Below, one piece after another: positions 24,561 through 36,834 of a stretch of DNA of 64,000 nucleotides. The translations under genes and the position numbers were made by a program. The stretch is taken from contig JAGIQG010000005.1 in the NCBI GenBank assembly GCA_024679065.1, forward strand, positions 85,374,001 to 85,438,000, in the 5' to 3' direction. This DNA comes from Sphyrna mokarran. Its lineage: Eukaryota. The notes below the pieces were generated by a model. It saw nothing but the letters and a program-made list of their open reading frames with translations, was not told the origin of the DNA and ran no database searches. Each line of letters opens with the position of its first letter. The first letter of the stretch is position 1.

Positions 24561-27500
24561 CATCTAATTCATATTCCAGAAACCGCAGTGTAGAACTGGA
24601 TGTTGCATCAACTTTTGCAATGAGGGTATTTGCTTTATTTTCATCCGATTTCACACTTGTAGTCCATGTAGTATTGTATATTGGTGAGAAAACTTTGACA
24701 TTTCCAGTAAAAGACTTAAATGCTGGCAAAACAAGTGCTAGAGGTAATTTTGCTTTTAATGCTGGAATCTCCAATGTCTTTGCTGGAATTGTTATTGTTG
24801 GCAGCTCAAAGTTTGCAATTTGCTTTGCAATGTTGTCCAGCTGCAAATAATGTCCAGCAATTCTGAAGGATTTTGGTAGAGCAAACTGAGAAATCTTGAT
24901 TTTGAATTCTGGTACTGTAATTTCAACATAAGGGATCTTGTAACCCTTAAGTTCAAAGTAATTAGAATGAACAGTCACTTGAGGAAAGCTAACAGTCGGC
25001 AAATTTGGCAAAGATAGGTCAAAAGGAAGAGTATTTATATTTGATGGTATAGCAATATGTGTTAAGTTAATGGTGTATGATGGTATCCGAAGGGTTGTAT
25101 ATGGAACTACGAATTCAGGAGTGATGATTATCTTTGGTAGTTTTAATTCTGAAAACTGGGATTTATATGAAGGAACAACAATGTTTATCAGTGGTATTAT
25201 GATTGTTGGAAACTCAATTTCATCAGGAATGTGGATGTTTCCAAACTCTGGAAGTAGGTCATTAGGAATCATTTCCGGTACATTTTTGACCCATTCAGGA
25301 ATATGAAGGGTAATCTCAGGAATACTTATCTTTAGACCATTGGCTAACATCTGCACTGGCAAAGGGATAAATAAACTGTTTTCACTCTTTGCAAACACTA
25401 TCAGTGCAGACACATTTAAGTATTGTTGCTGTTTTTCACTAGTAGTCAAGTCAAATTTCAATATGTCCCACAAGTCTTTTTCATATAATGGAAGCTGAAT
25501 TTCTTTCAGAAAATTTGCATATCCCTGCAGGGAGCCAGCCAATCCAAGATGCATTTCTGCTTCATTGTTTAATAGTTCCACCTCTTCACTGAAAACTGTT
25601 GACAAGAGGTGACCATTATTATTCCATGTTACTTTTTGCATTTCTGGTTTGATGATTATACCCATATCATTTTGTACATCTGCGTGTTGCCACACATTAC
25701 TATGTTGATGAGTCTCGGTTTGTAACTTTGCGGTCAAACTCCAGAACGCTAATTCTAATGTTGCCTTAGATTTTTGATGACCCTTTGTTTCAAATATTGG
25801 AAGTGTCAGACTATTATCAGCAGAATGATCCCATATGGCAAAAATCTGATCTCTGGATGCTGCTACAGCAAGCTTCTCATTTGCTAAGATGTTCCAAACA
25901 TTTCCAGAAATTGAATCAACCTTTGAAGTTAAGTCAAGTTTTACATTTGAACGTGTATTATTTGAACTGAGATAAATACTTGCTTCATTGTTCATACTGC
26001 CAGAAAATGTGTATTGCATAGTTCCTTCAATGTGAGCACTGGTTGATGTTTCCAAATTTAAATAAGATGTAAAATCTGCCAAGGTAAGAGAATGGATGAC
26101 ACTTCCTTGAACTAAAGGAGATTTTTTATCAGTTGAAGGCATTGACAATTTGTAGTTAAGGGAAATCTTTGATCGTACGTTAGGCCTAGGCTTTGTTTTT
26201 CCATTCAGATCATGTTTGAAATTAAGAATAAAGCCATCAAAAGGTTTAATTGATGCTTCAGTAGCAACTGAAGCCTCCATGTTTTTCCTTGTTAAGCTTA
26301 CGGTACTGTCATGCTTTCCTTTAATGGTATCATGGTCAACAGAAATAGCTGTTGCTAATTTCAGTCCTCGCCGTCTTGCCAAGCTTGTTGTTCCTTCTGC
26401 TTTGAAGTTTGAAGTAAAGATAGATGAAGATGAGGCACTATAACGAGCAATTATGTCTGATTGGTTAAAGAGTTCAAAGTGAGAGTTCAAAGTTACGTAA
26501 CTTGATTTGAGTGAGAAATCACATGTCAAGTTGCCTATGGCAGGAACTCTGATAGTGTCTTGGATACGTGGCATTTTGATCTTTGGAAATGACAATGTAT
26601 ACAAATTGTCAGGTATATGAATTAATTTTAACTTATACCATGGTACGGTAAAAGTGTATGAAGGCATAATGAAATTAATAATGGGTACAGTAAATGTTGG
26701 AGTAGTAATATTTCCAATAGTAGCAAAATTGAAAATTGGGATTTCTAGTCTATAAGGGGAGACTTCAATCTTCAGTCCTGGTATAGTATACCCTGGCACA
26801 CGAAGCACTTTTGTTACAGGACTTTCCTGAAATCTACCAGACTCTACTTTCTTTAGTAAGTTCAAGATCTTGTTTCTTGCCAGTTGAATTCCAGAAGCAG
26901 ATTCCAAAAGATAATCATTGATCCTACTGTAAATTGGCTCCATATCTATTTTGAAGCTGTGGAAATCTTTATTTTTTCTGTATTCAGTCTTTATACTTAA
27001 GCCAAGTGACTGCTGAGTTGTTCTCAACAGGGTTTTCAGTTTTGCATTCTCCCACAAAGAAAAATTATGAACAGGAGGAATCCTGAATGGTGAATTAAAA
27101 ATTGAAATTTCAGGGATGGAAATGGGTAGAGTTAGGAAATCAAGGTTTGCATCACCATTCAATTTAAGATGCATATTGATATTTTCTTCATTATTAGTTA
27201 CACCAATATCATGCATATATTTGTATTGGTTCAATGTAGAATTTACTTGCCATAAGAATTGTTGTTCATTTGGGTTCAGAGTCAAGTCATAGTTATTCAG
27301 AAACTCTATTTTTCCACTGAGTATCAAAGGGGAAGAAATCTTTACATCAGCACGATTTTTTCCTTCAAAGCCAACTGCAAATGGTTCTGCTGTAAAGCGA
27401 AATGAATTTTCCACTATACCTGCTGCTCCACGTGCAAGTCTAGTGTTGTGAGATCCTGTCAATTCTACTTTTAATGTTGCTAGATCAGCTTTTCCATTTG

Positions 27501-30500
27501 CATTTCCAATACAAACTATAGCATCAGCAATCTTTGCCTCTGAATTCAAGTTCAATCTGGCAGCAAACGAAGGTAAGATCTCAGTCTTGAAGTTTTGTTT
27601 CATCTTTATATACTTGGTGTTGGTGTCACCTGAGAACGCAACTATAAGAGCAGGTGCAGCCAGGCTTAACTTCAATTCACTTTTGTGTGCCCCTTCATCA
27701 GAGTGGTCTTTAAAAGACCATTTTCCATTTGCAGTGTTTGTGATAGATAATGCTGTACTTTTTTCATTAGGAGTGGTTTGAATGATGTTAAGAAGTGAAA
27801 ATTGGCTTGATAACTGTTTATGTGGGACATTAAGGTTGTGATTATAAGTTGTCTGCATTTTTGTGTAAAGTGCTCCCTGTATTTTCATAGTTATTGTATT
27901 TATTGTTTCTGCATTATAGGCTTCAGTGGTAATTGTAATCTTAGTCTCCACTTTTCCATTCACAGAGGGTCTTGTGAAAGTAAGATTACCCACGTGGCCA
28001 ACAGTTATCGCGGTGTGGTCAAACTTCACACTTTCACTGAGTTCCAAATGAGTTTGCTCAGGAGCTAACAGACGGGCATTTGCTTCTAAGTCAAAGGATA
28101 GGGTGCTTACACTTGACTTGCCCTTTGCGGTAATAAAAGCTAGAAGTTCAGTGCTGCTTTGAACAGCATTAATGTTATGAACACCAACACTTGTATGAAG
28201 TCCATATACAGGACAGTTAAAATTGAATGTACCACTGAGTTTTCCAAATGCAGGAACTGACACTTTGTGAGGTATACGAGGAAATTGGAATTCTGGAATC
28301 TGAATATCATTTAACGAGAAGTGGTCTAAATTTACTTTTGGAAGTTTTATATCAGGCAGACGGAATGCACTGAAATCTATTTCAGGAAAAGTTACATCTG
28401 GCAATGACATAACTGGGAAATTTAAATCTGAAAATGTATTGAACTCTCCTATGGCAATGTCAAATTTGAGTATTTTTTCTATTGTTGTGATGGTAACATT
28501 CTTAATGTTTTCCAAATCAATTGTGAAACCTGGAACAATAATTGAATGCAAGATCGTAAATGATGGTACATCAATTCTCGAAGGAATTCTGATATCATTC
28601 AGATTGTTTAAGTTGACATGGTAGGATGGAATTATTAGATCTGTCAGAGGTACTGTAAATGATGGAGTGTTGAACTCTCCTTTTCTGATAGCACGAATGC
28701 TTATTTCAAACTCGGGTATACATATTAGGCCCAGGTCCAGTTTTGGAACAGTAAAACCTACTTCCAAGTACATTTGGATTTGATCCACAATTTCTTTGAA
28801 GTTGTATTCTGTTGCCAAAATAATAATTTCCTTTTCTGCATAATCATATGCTGCTGAGAGATGACCAACAATTATTTTATAATATTTCACGGCATCTTGC
28901 CAATGTCTTTGCAATTCCTCTTGGATATCCATTTGACTGATCCTAACTCGGAGGTCCTCGAAAAAGTCCCCAAAGATGCCTTGCAGGAAATTGGAAAATG
29001 ATGTAACTATATTTCTGAACACACTGACCAAAGGGTTGACCAATTCCTTGAGATTTCTCTGTTTCAACCGTTCAATGTAATGAGCCATCAAAGACTGAAT
29101 TTCTTGTAAAAACTTTTGCACAGCCTTAATTTTCTGTGGAATTTCTAAGTCTTCCATTTTAGCTTTGATTTCATTGGTTATGATGAGGATCTGAGCATTT
29201 TTTTCATCAACAAAAGTATTGTAGTCAAACTCTCTTATATTTGTAGTAATTGTGTCAAGGAAACCATTAATTTGGTCAATCGTTTTTTGGTAATCATGTA
29301 ATTTTATCTGTTCAGTTGCATCAGCAAGGTACTGAATTACTCCATTGTATGATTTTCCAAGTGTTTTTCTGAGAGAGATTACGGCTCCTTGTATTGTATC
29401 CTTTACCTTGAATGATTTAATGAGGTTCATTGTTTCAGTCAAAAGTTTCTGAGCGAATATGTCAATTTCATATTTAGTGATTAGCTGGTGCATCGAGGCA
29501 ACAATGTTGTCAATTTTATCATTGATTTCATAGTGCTCCAACAGCCATAAAAGCCCCTCAATCATCATCTTCATTATTTTCTTTATCTCTTGATCATATT
29601 TTTTTAGGTGTTGTTCCAGTTTTTCAAAAACTGCAGTTAAATTAATTTGTTGTCTTAATCCATATGCAAATTCCTGCAGATTGATATTCTGGAGCTGCAA
29701 CTGTAGTTCTTGTAATTTAGCATGAAGCTTGTCACTAATTTGGTATTTTTCCTCAAGGTCTTGAATCCAATTAGTAAAGTTACTTTGTATAGCATCCTGG
29801 TAATAGCTCCACAGAATTTCCTTCAAATCATTGATGAGGTTGGCAATTGTTGGAATTACTTCATATTTTTGATCAATTTCTATCAGCGTATCCATAATTA
29901 GGTTAAGAAAATTCTCAATGACATCCTTCAGTTTAGTTTTGTCATATCCTTTCAGACTGATTAATGTACTGTTGTGCAATTTTGTTAAAACAGCCTTAAG
30001 GTATTCAGGGATTATTTGATACTCTGTTACAAATATTAACACTTTATTCCCTACATCATTGATCTCGATGTCTAAATTCATGTCCCTAATGAAATCACTC
30101 ACTTGGTTTAAGGTTTTCTTGCATTTCTGGACAAACTGATTAACTTGAATGTCCTTCAGGTAATTTTGAATGCCCTCCAAAGTATTTAAAATGACAATTT
30201 TAAATGACTCAAAGTAGGCGGGTAAGTGTTCCAAGAATGGCATGTTGATAACATGAACATTTCCATTTTTATCATATTTCAGATTCCCAGAAATTTGAAT
30301 CTTCTGAAGGTCAGAACTGAGCGCATTGAAGGGAAGGAAATTAACTGCCTTCAGATAACTAAAATCAATTTCTGCATCACTTGCAATATCTATGCCTATT
30401 TTTTCTGGATTGTTATAGGCATCAATGGTTTGCATGTAAGTATTATTGTTTAACTGACTCTTTAGTATCCACTTGCTTTCCTGTTCAGTTGGAATGAACA

Positions 30501-32354
30501 TAATGTTTAAACTGTTTTCCAGAAGCGACTTCAATCTTCTATCTGCCAATTCATGTTCAGAAGTTCCTTTAAAGTCATGATGAAGTGCAAAGGCCAGTGG
30601 TTCTGCCTTCATTTGGAGCTTATTGTTAAGCTCTCCATCATGCAAACCCCAACCATTAATATATCCCTTAGCAGAGGTATCAGCTGCAAATGTGAACACA
30701 AAGGGTATAGCTGTAGTGCGTACATTATTTTGAAACTTCAGTGTTCCTGAATTGCACAATGTGTCACTAGAGAATTCTGCAGAAAGTCCATTGATTTCCA
30801 GGTTCAGCTTGTGGTTAATATTCATATTATTTAATTTTCCTGTAGTATTTGAACTTAATAAAGCTTTCAAATCAGCATACTTCATTATAGCAACATGAGC
30901 CAAGTGATTTTCCTGCTGCAATCCTGCCAATTCACCTTTAAATTCAATCTTGAAAGGTTCAAGTATAAGATGCACAATGTGGGAAGCATGTAGCTGTTGA
31001 TACTGAAATTTGTTGTCAAAATTGATTGAAACTATGAAAGGTTGCATGTGCACTTCAGATTTTTGCTGGTATTTGATGTTAGAATCCAAATTGCTGCCAG
31101 CACCGATTGTGTTTGAAGCAGTTAATTTCCAAGAACCAATGGTAAGACTATTTATATGGTTAAATGTTGTTTCTTTGAACAATGCATTTGTCACTGTACT
31201 AAACATCAACCCTTTCTCTTTATTAAATTGAAGATCGATGGCATTAGTTGCTTTAGTTTGCAAAATAACACTTGAAAATGAATTGGTGGCATATATTCCT
31301 TGACTGTTTGCTTTTCCTTCCACATTTAAATTAATTAAGTTATTTTCTTGATCATTGATACCAATGCTCATGGTGGCTCCATGTTGATTAATAACAGTTG
31401 TGAATACATGTTTGAGAACGGTAGAATGTATATTTACACTCGAGGTCACCTCAGTTGACAGACCACTTTTGCTGATTTTCAGAATACCTTGGTTGGTTGT
31501 GCCAGCTAAGGCAGTATCTGATTTCATCTCGAGCGTACCTTCAGAATATGTGCCAGACAAGAGGTTGTGGAACTTCTTGTCATAATAATCTGCACTCCAT
31601 TTATGTTCAACTTTAAAATATTTCTCTAATACTAAGAAACTCAAACTGTTGGTTGCTGCCATCTTGCTGTATTTTCCAGTTGTGTTCAAGGAGAGACTAA
31701 ACTGGTCCTTCTGATAGCTTAATTCATCTTTAGTTTCTAATGTAGCACCATACAGTTCGCCTCGCAGTTTATTCACCATCTTGAGTATTTCAGCATTTTT
31801 AGTCAATTTTATGTTACTGCTGAAGTTACCATTACTGAAGTCACCTGAAGTATCACATTTCAGCTCAAATTTTCCACCCTTTGATTTCACTTTTATGAAA
31901 TTTTTCAAATTTAACCATGATCCTTCTGTGTTTGATGAGAGTGTGAAAACATCCTTTTTAAAATCACTATTCATTCTATTGGTAAGTTGGAGAAATGGTG
32001 AATTAAAGTTAAAAATAGAATTTTCACTGTTTTCCAGGGTAACGGAATCAAATCTTTCTGAAGACCTGTAATTTAAGGTAGAGTCATATGAAGCTATACT
32101 TAAATTTCCTGTTGTTCGTCCTTGCACTTCTATGATTGGATGTTTCATCACAACCTCAGATGATGAAAGCCAAGAGGCTTTTGCTCCCAAGTTGCTGAGT
32201 GCAACTAATTCATAGTTCGTCTCGATCGCCATTTGATCTATATAATTATACTTCTTATATAGCTTCATGGAAGATTCTAATAGTTTATGTTGAAATGATG
32301 AAGAGATGCTATGAGTATATATGTCCTCTGTTTCACGTCCTGATAGTGCAGAAC
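24561..32354 (-). CDS. APOB: APOB giant exon 26 equivalent (7,794 nt, stop-free)
   Basis: Acceptor ttccatag| at 32355-32356, donor |gtaagt at 24559-24560. Contains the 2574-aa ORF with ApoB landmarks KAEPLAF, KYDKN-x3-H-x-IN-x-PF, GKIEFLNNY, ANLDFL, RRRGLKLATA, LWDILKFD and FLEYELD; phase 1/1 as in mammals. Confidence 0.98.
26353..26385 (-). other. LDL-receptor/proteoglycan binding site B (SLARRRGLKLA)
   Basis: Aligns to human RLTRKRGLKLA; the site A equivalent KTEYRKNKDFH is at 26959-26991. Confidence 0.9.
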
Positions 32355-32793
32355 CTATGGAACATAATTATACATATATATTTTAAATTGCAGCGTACTA
32401 ATGAAATGTATTCAAAGCTGTAATATTCATAGCTATGAAAGTTTGTAATATTTAAAAGATCTAATGAGGTTCCATACATAGCAAATGCAGTTTGTACAAA
32501 ATTGACACCCAAAAATAAGCAAATTTATCAAAACTGTTAAGCGTCATTATCTATGATTTTGTTTTTTTTGATTTGGCATGGTATAAGTTTTGCAATGCAA
32601 ATTTCAAATTTTAAGTGTAAATATTTACCATGTTTTTTATCTTCATATCAAATTTATAACTTCAGATATGCTCTAATAAAACATTTCATACTGTGAAACA
32701 TTAATAATCTTTAACTACAAGTTTTCAGAAATCCACAGAATTTAAAGACAAAGATTAAATTATTTCAAAAAGGCTCATGAAGAAATCTTTTAC

Positions 32794-33176
32794 CTTTCAG
32801 GTGATAGGACAGATACTCCAGTGCTGAGACTGCTTGGATATCTATATCAGCAGAAAATTGTTTTCTGTCTTTCTTTCCACCGTATTCTGTCATGAAGTTA
32901 GACGAACAATTGTAGTAATTACTATTCATCTGTGTAGCAAATTCCAGCTTGTTAATGAAAGGAATGTGGAGATTGTATGCTTTAGGAATAGTAGCAGTTG
33001 GAGTGGAAGGTATTTCTTCAACATCAGATGGTGAATTCATTCCAAGTACTTTCATAACCATTGGTTGGGCATTCAACATTTTTGAAAGAAATAAATTTCC
33101 TTGAGTCACTAATCCAGCAAAAGGAATTGGAACTTTAAACTTATTGCCACTAAATGTGCCTGCAATGGAACCATGA
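32794..33176 (-). CDS. APOB: APOB exon 25 equivalent (383 nt)
   Basis: Acceptor ccccctacag|, donor |gtaaaa; KFKVPIPFAG...TIPKAYNLHIPFINKLEFATQMNSNYYN...EYLSYHLKG. Confidence 0.93.
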
Positions 33177-34784
33177 CTGTAGGGGGAATAAAAAAAACAA
33201 AGAAAAGTGTATTAACATATAACATTTTCACAAACTATCAAAAGCATAACAAATTGCATTTGTCCGGTACACTTTACAGGAAGGAGATAGAGGCACGATG
33301 GATACTAATCGTTGGGGAAGTGAGAAAGGGCAGTGCAACAGAAATGGTAACACTGAGAAAGGAAATGGTTCAAAATTATTTTGGTGGAGGGAGGCTGTGA
33401 GATCAGGGTGAATTGTGGCAAGGCAAGAGAACTATTTAGAAAATTCTAAATGGCATAATGCAGTGATTGAATGATAATTCACCAATGGATGGAGCAAGGA
33501 TGAAGCATATTGACCAAAGGCAGGAAGAAATCACCAAGCTAAGAGTATGATGATACAAAGAGATTTGAGCACAAATAATTTATTAATGTTAATATTTACA
33601 TATTTCTTATTTTCTCTATCTTTACATACATATTCTGGATTTGTTGAACCTGATATTTACAGGGATACAGGAAGGGTTTGGGGAAAACTCAGCTCGGCAT
33701 GTGATGTGAACATGCTGCTGAATTTAATAGCAAGATCTCAACTGGCTGAATGGGGACTGAAGTTTTATTTGACAGGCTCATGCACCTTCTGATGTACAGA
33801 AGTGCTGCAAAAGGTACTTACCACCTTTTTACTGTCAGGTTTCCCAAGCCTTGGAAAATCTGCACACTACTAGCTTTTACATTTATTTCAGGTTCCTTAT
33901 TGCATTGTGCAAATTTAACTTAAATATATTACTGAACTTTAATGAGACACTTGTAGGCTTTGATCTTTAACATGCATGTATGGTAGATGAAGGGAGTGAA
34001 CAAATTGAGCTCAAATTGATAAGTAACTCTGTTTTAAAGGGATGGGGAGGGTCATCACAGCTTGAAAGATTTATTTTTGAGGATTTTTGATATTTCCATG
34101 AGTAAAGCATTGGATTTGGACTTGAGGTATGCTGTGTTGGATTTCGGTGAAGGTGCCTTTATTGGGGAAATTTCTGAGACCTTCAATGTGATTGTGTCAC
34201 TTAAGGAGAATGATAATTTCTAAATTCATGAAGGGGAGAGCTTTATTGGCCAGGTAGCACTGCCTTCATTAACGGTATGAGAACAATGACCAAGGACAAC
34301 TGCATTAGCTGTAATAATAAAAAATCTTGTAATTTCACCCACTTCTTGTTAATAAACACCTAATCACTTCCTTCTGTCATGCTATTTTTCTAGCACATAT
34401 TTAATGTAATATTTTTGTGTCATATTAAAAACTCTGACATGTTCTCTAAATTTTTGTCTCCAAGGTGGATATTTGTGATGACGCTGATATTTAAGACCCA
34501 TTAGGATAGGTGCTGCAAAAGCACTATTCTTAACAGCTTGATCTACTTAGGAGATACAAAGTCCAGCTTCCCAATGCTTCCTGCTTGTTCCTTGCTTGTT
34601 GCTTATCTGCCACTACCAGTTCTCCTTTGTGACTCTTGGATTCACCTGCATGATTGACCTTGACTCCCTGGCGCTCTCTCACAATTAAGAAACACAACCT
34701 TCTAAATCCTGAAGTCCTAACATATCATTATATAAAAAGATTAATTATGAAAAAAGGAACAATTTCAAGTATTTTTAGGATTGT

Positions 34785-35315
34785 ATTCCACTTGGAGTAC
34801 TGTGCTCAGTTCTGGTCGCCTCGTTACAGGAAGGATGTGGAAGCTATTGAAAGGATGCAGAGGAGATTTACAAGGATGTTGCCTGGATTGGGTGGCATGC
34901 CTAATGAGGATAGGTTGAGAGAGCTTGATCTTTTCTCCTTGGAGAGATGAAGGATGAGGGGGGACCTGATCGAGGTGTAGAAGATGGTGAGAGGTATTGA
35001 TCAGGTGGATTCTCAGAGGCTTTTCCCAGGGCTGAAATGGCTGCCACAAGAGGACACAGGTTTAAGGTGCTGGAGAGTAGGTACAGAGGAGATGTCAGGG
35101 GTAAGTTTTTCACTCAGAGGGTGGTGGGTGAGTGGAATCGGCTTCCATCGGTGGTGGTGGAGGCAAATTCATTAGGGTCTTTTAAGAGACTTCTGGATGA
35201 ATACATGGAACTTAATAAGATTGAGGGTTATAGGTAAGCCTAGTAGATACAGATAAGATCGGTGCAACTTGTGGGCCAAAGGGCTGTTTGTGCTGTAATT
35301 TTTTCTATGATTCTT
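34785..35315 (+). mobile_element. CR1 LINE 3' end, relatively well preserved
   Basis: HLEYCAQFWSPRYRKDVEAIERMQRRFTRMLPGL and TRGHRFKV...FFTQRVVGEWNRLP...FKRLLDEYM plus 3' tail. Confidence 0.92.
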
Positions 35316-36139
35316 AAAAGCTGCTGTAACAACGTTTATTTTACAAAGTAAATGACTGGATTTAATCTTATTAGCATTATTGCATAATTGAAAGTCTACT
35401 TACTAAAATTATTGCACACTCAGAACAAATGTATTAATGAAATGCTTTTTTCTACTATGCTAATGTATCTTAAACTTTTAGTTCACAGACAAAGTCTCAG
35501 CAGGTGAACAGCCAGTTATAATTCTGCTATCAAATATTATCCCTGACTTCCCTTGTCAGCCATAGTTGCCTTGTCCTCCCCTTAACATGCTTACTGTTTC
35601 TTGGAATGAATTTATACTGTGCCTTCTGAATTATTCCCAAAAACTCCTGCCACTATTTTTCTACAGTCTTTCCTGCTAGGCTCCTTTTCCAGTCAAATCT
35701 GGCCAGCTCTTCCCTCATGGCCTTGCAGTTTTCTTTACTCAATTGCAGCATCATTATATCCAATTCCAATGTCTTCCTCTTGAACTGCAAGGTGAATTTG
35801 ATAGCAGTATTAAAAATCATGAGGGGTTGAAATAGGTTAGGGAGAAACTGTTCAATTTATAGACATGCCCCTTGAATGCTTCAATTGAACAAGACAGTGC
35901 ATTCCAGGCCTGAACTAATCATTGTGTGAAAAGGTTTATTCTCACATCATGGCCAGAATTCTCTGTCTATTTACGCCCATCGGCACTCCCAGCAAGAACC
36001 GAGAATATGACACTCAGGCATATTTCCATTCATTGCAGCAAGATGAGAAACCCAACTGCAGGCAAAGTTACAGAATTCGGCCCCACATTTCCTCCTTTTG
36101 CAAATCACTTTAAAGTTGTGCCCTCTCGTTTTGAAGAGA

Positions 36140-36254
36140 GCGCTGGCATTGGACTGGGATAGGCACAGTAAGAAGCCTCACAACACAGGTTAAAGTCAAA
36201 CAGATTTATTTGGAAGCACGAGCTTTGGGGGCACTGCCCCTTCATCAGGTGAGT
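36140..36254 (-). mobile_element. Penelope-like terminal repeat with degenerate minimal hammerhead ribozyme
   Basis: Minus strand CAC-CTGATGA-A-GGGGC-AGT-GCCCC-CAAA-GCTC-GTG followed by AATAAA; inserted within CR1 sequence. Confidence 0.65.
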
Positions 36255-36590
36255 CTTATGTCCTCTAATTTTAGACTTCTCTTGTTTTGGAAAAAGACGT
36301 TGACTATCTACCTTATCTATGCCCTTCAATATTTTATAGACCACTGTAAGATTACTCCTATACTCCAGCGAAAAAAGTCCCAGTGAACCCAGCGTCTTGT
36401 CATAACTCAAACTTGTTCAGTCCCCTCAAGATTTTGAACATCACAATCACATCTCCTCTTCGCCTACTATTTTCCAAGGAGAATAGTCCTGACCTTTCCA
36501 ATCTATCGACATAACTGAATTTTCTCATCCCTGAGAACATGTCTGAAGACCTCTTCTGTACTCTCTCCACACCTCATTATTTCTGTAGCA
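36255..36590 (-). mobile_element. CR1 LINE fragments
   Basis: ORF SYDKTLGSLGLFSLE...VYKILKGIDKVDSQRLFP...RGHK. Confidence 0.8.
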
Positions 36591-36834
36591 TGGCAGGGCT
36601 GTGCCAGGGCTGTGTACAATGAGGGTGATCATGCCAAAAAATGGCAAATTGTTAGCCAATTTTCATACAACACTTTGTCACAAAGGAACAGATAGGCTTG
36701 TTTCATGTTTCATGCTGAGGGGCGGGGCCTAAGCATACTGGCAATGCCCGGCTGCACTGAAATTGGGGCACCATGTTCAGAAGAAAAAGTAATCTACCCC
36801 CATTCAGCTACGGAGGTCTCAGGTTCCACTCCAA

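Noticed and set aside
29862-29886. Minus-strand ATAGAAATTGATCAAAAATA resembles the mammalian editing cassette ATACAATTTGATCAGTATA
   Set aside because: The codon is GAA rather than CAA, so C-to-U editing cannot make a stop. The mooring match is partial and the peptide aligns to a different human helix.
18503-32268. ORF-track start codons at 32268 and 18505 as separate genes
   Set aside because: Both are internal to exons whose frames continue upstream to splice acceptors at 32355 and 18527.
17071-32423. Many plus-strand ORFs overlapping exons 26 and 29
   Set aside because: Short antisense shadows of a long coding frame with no independent motifs.
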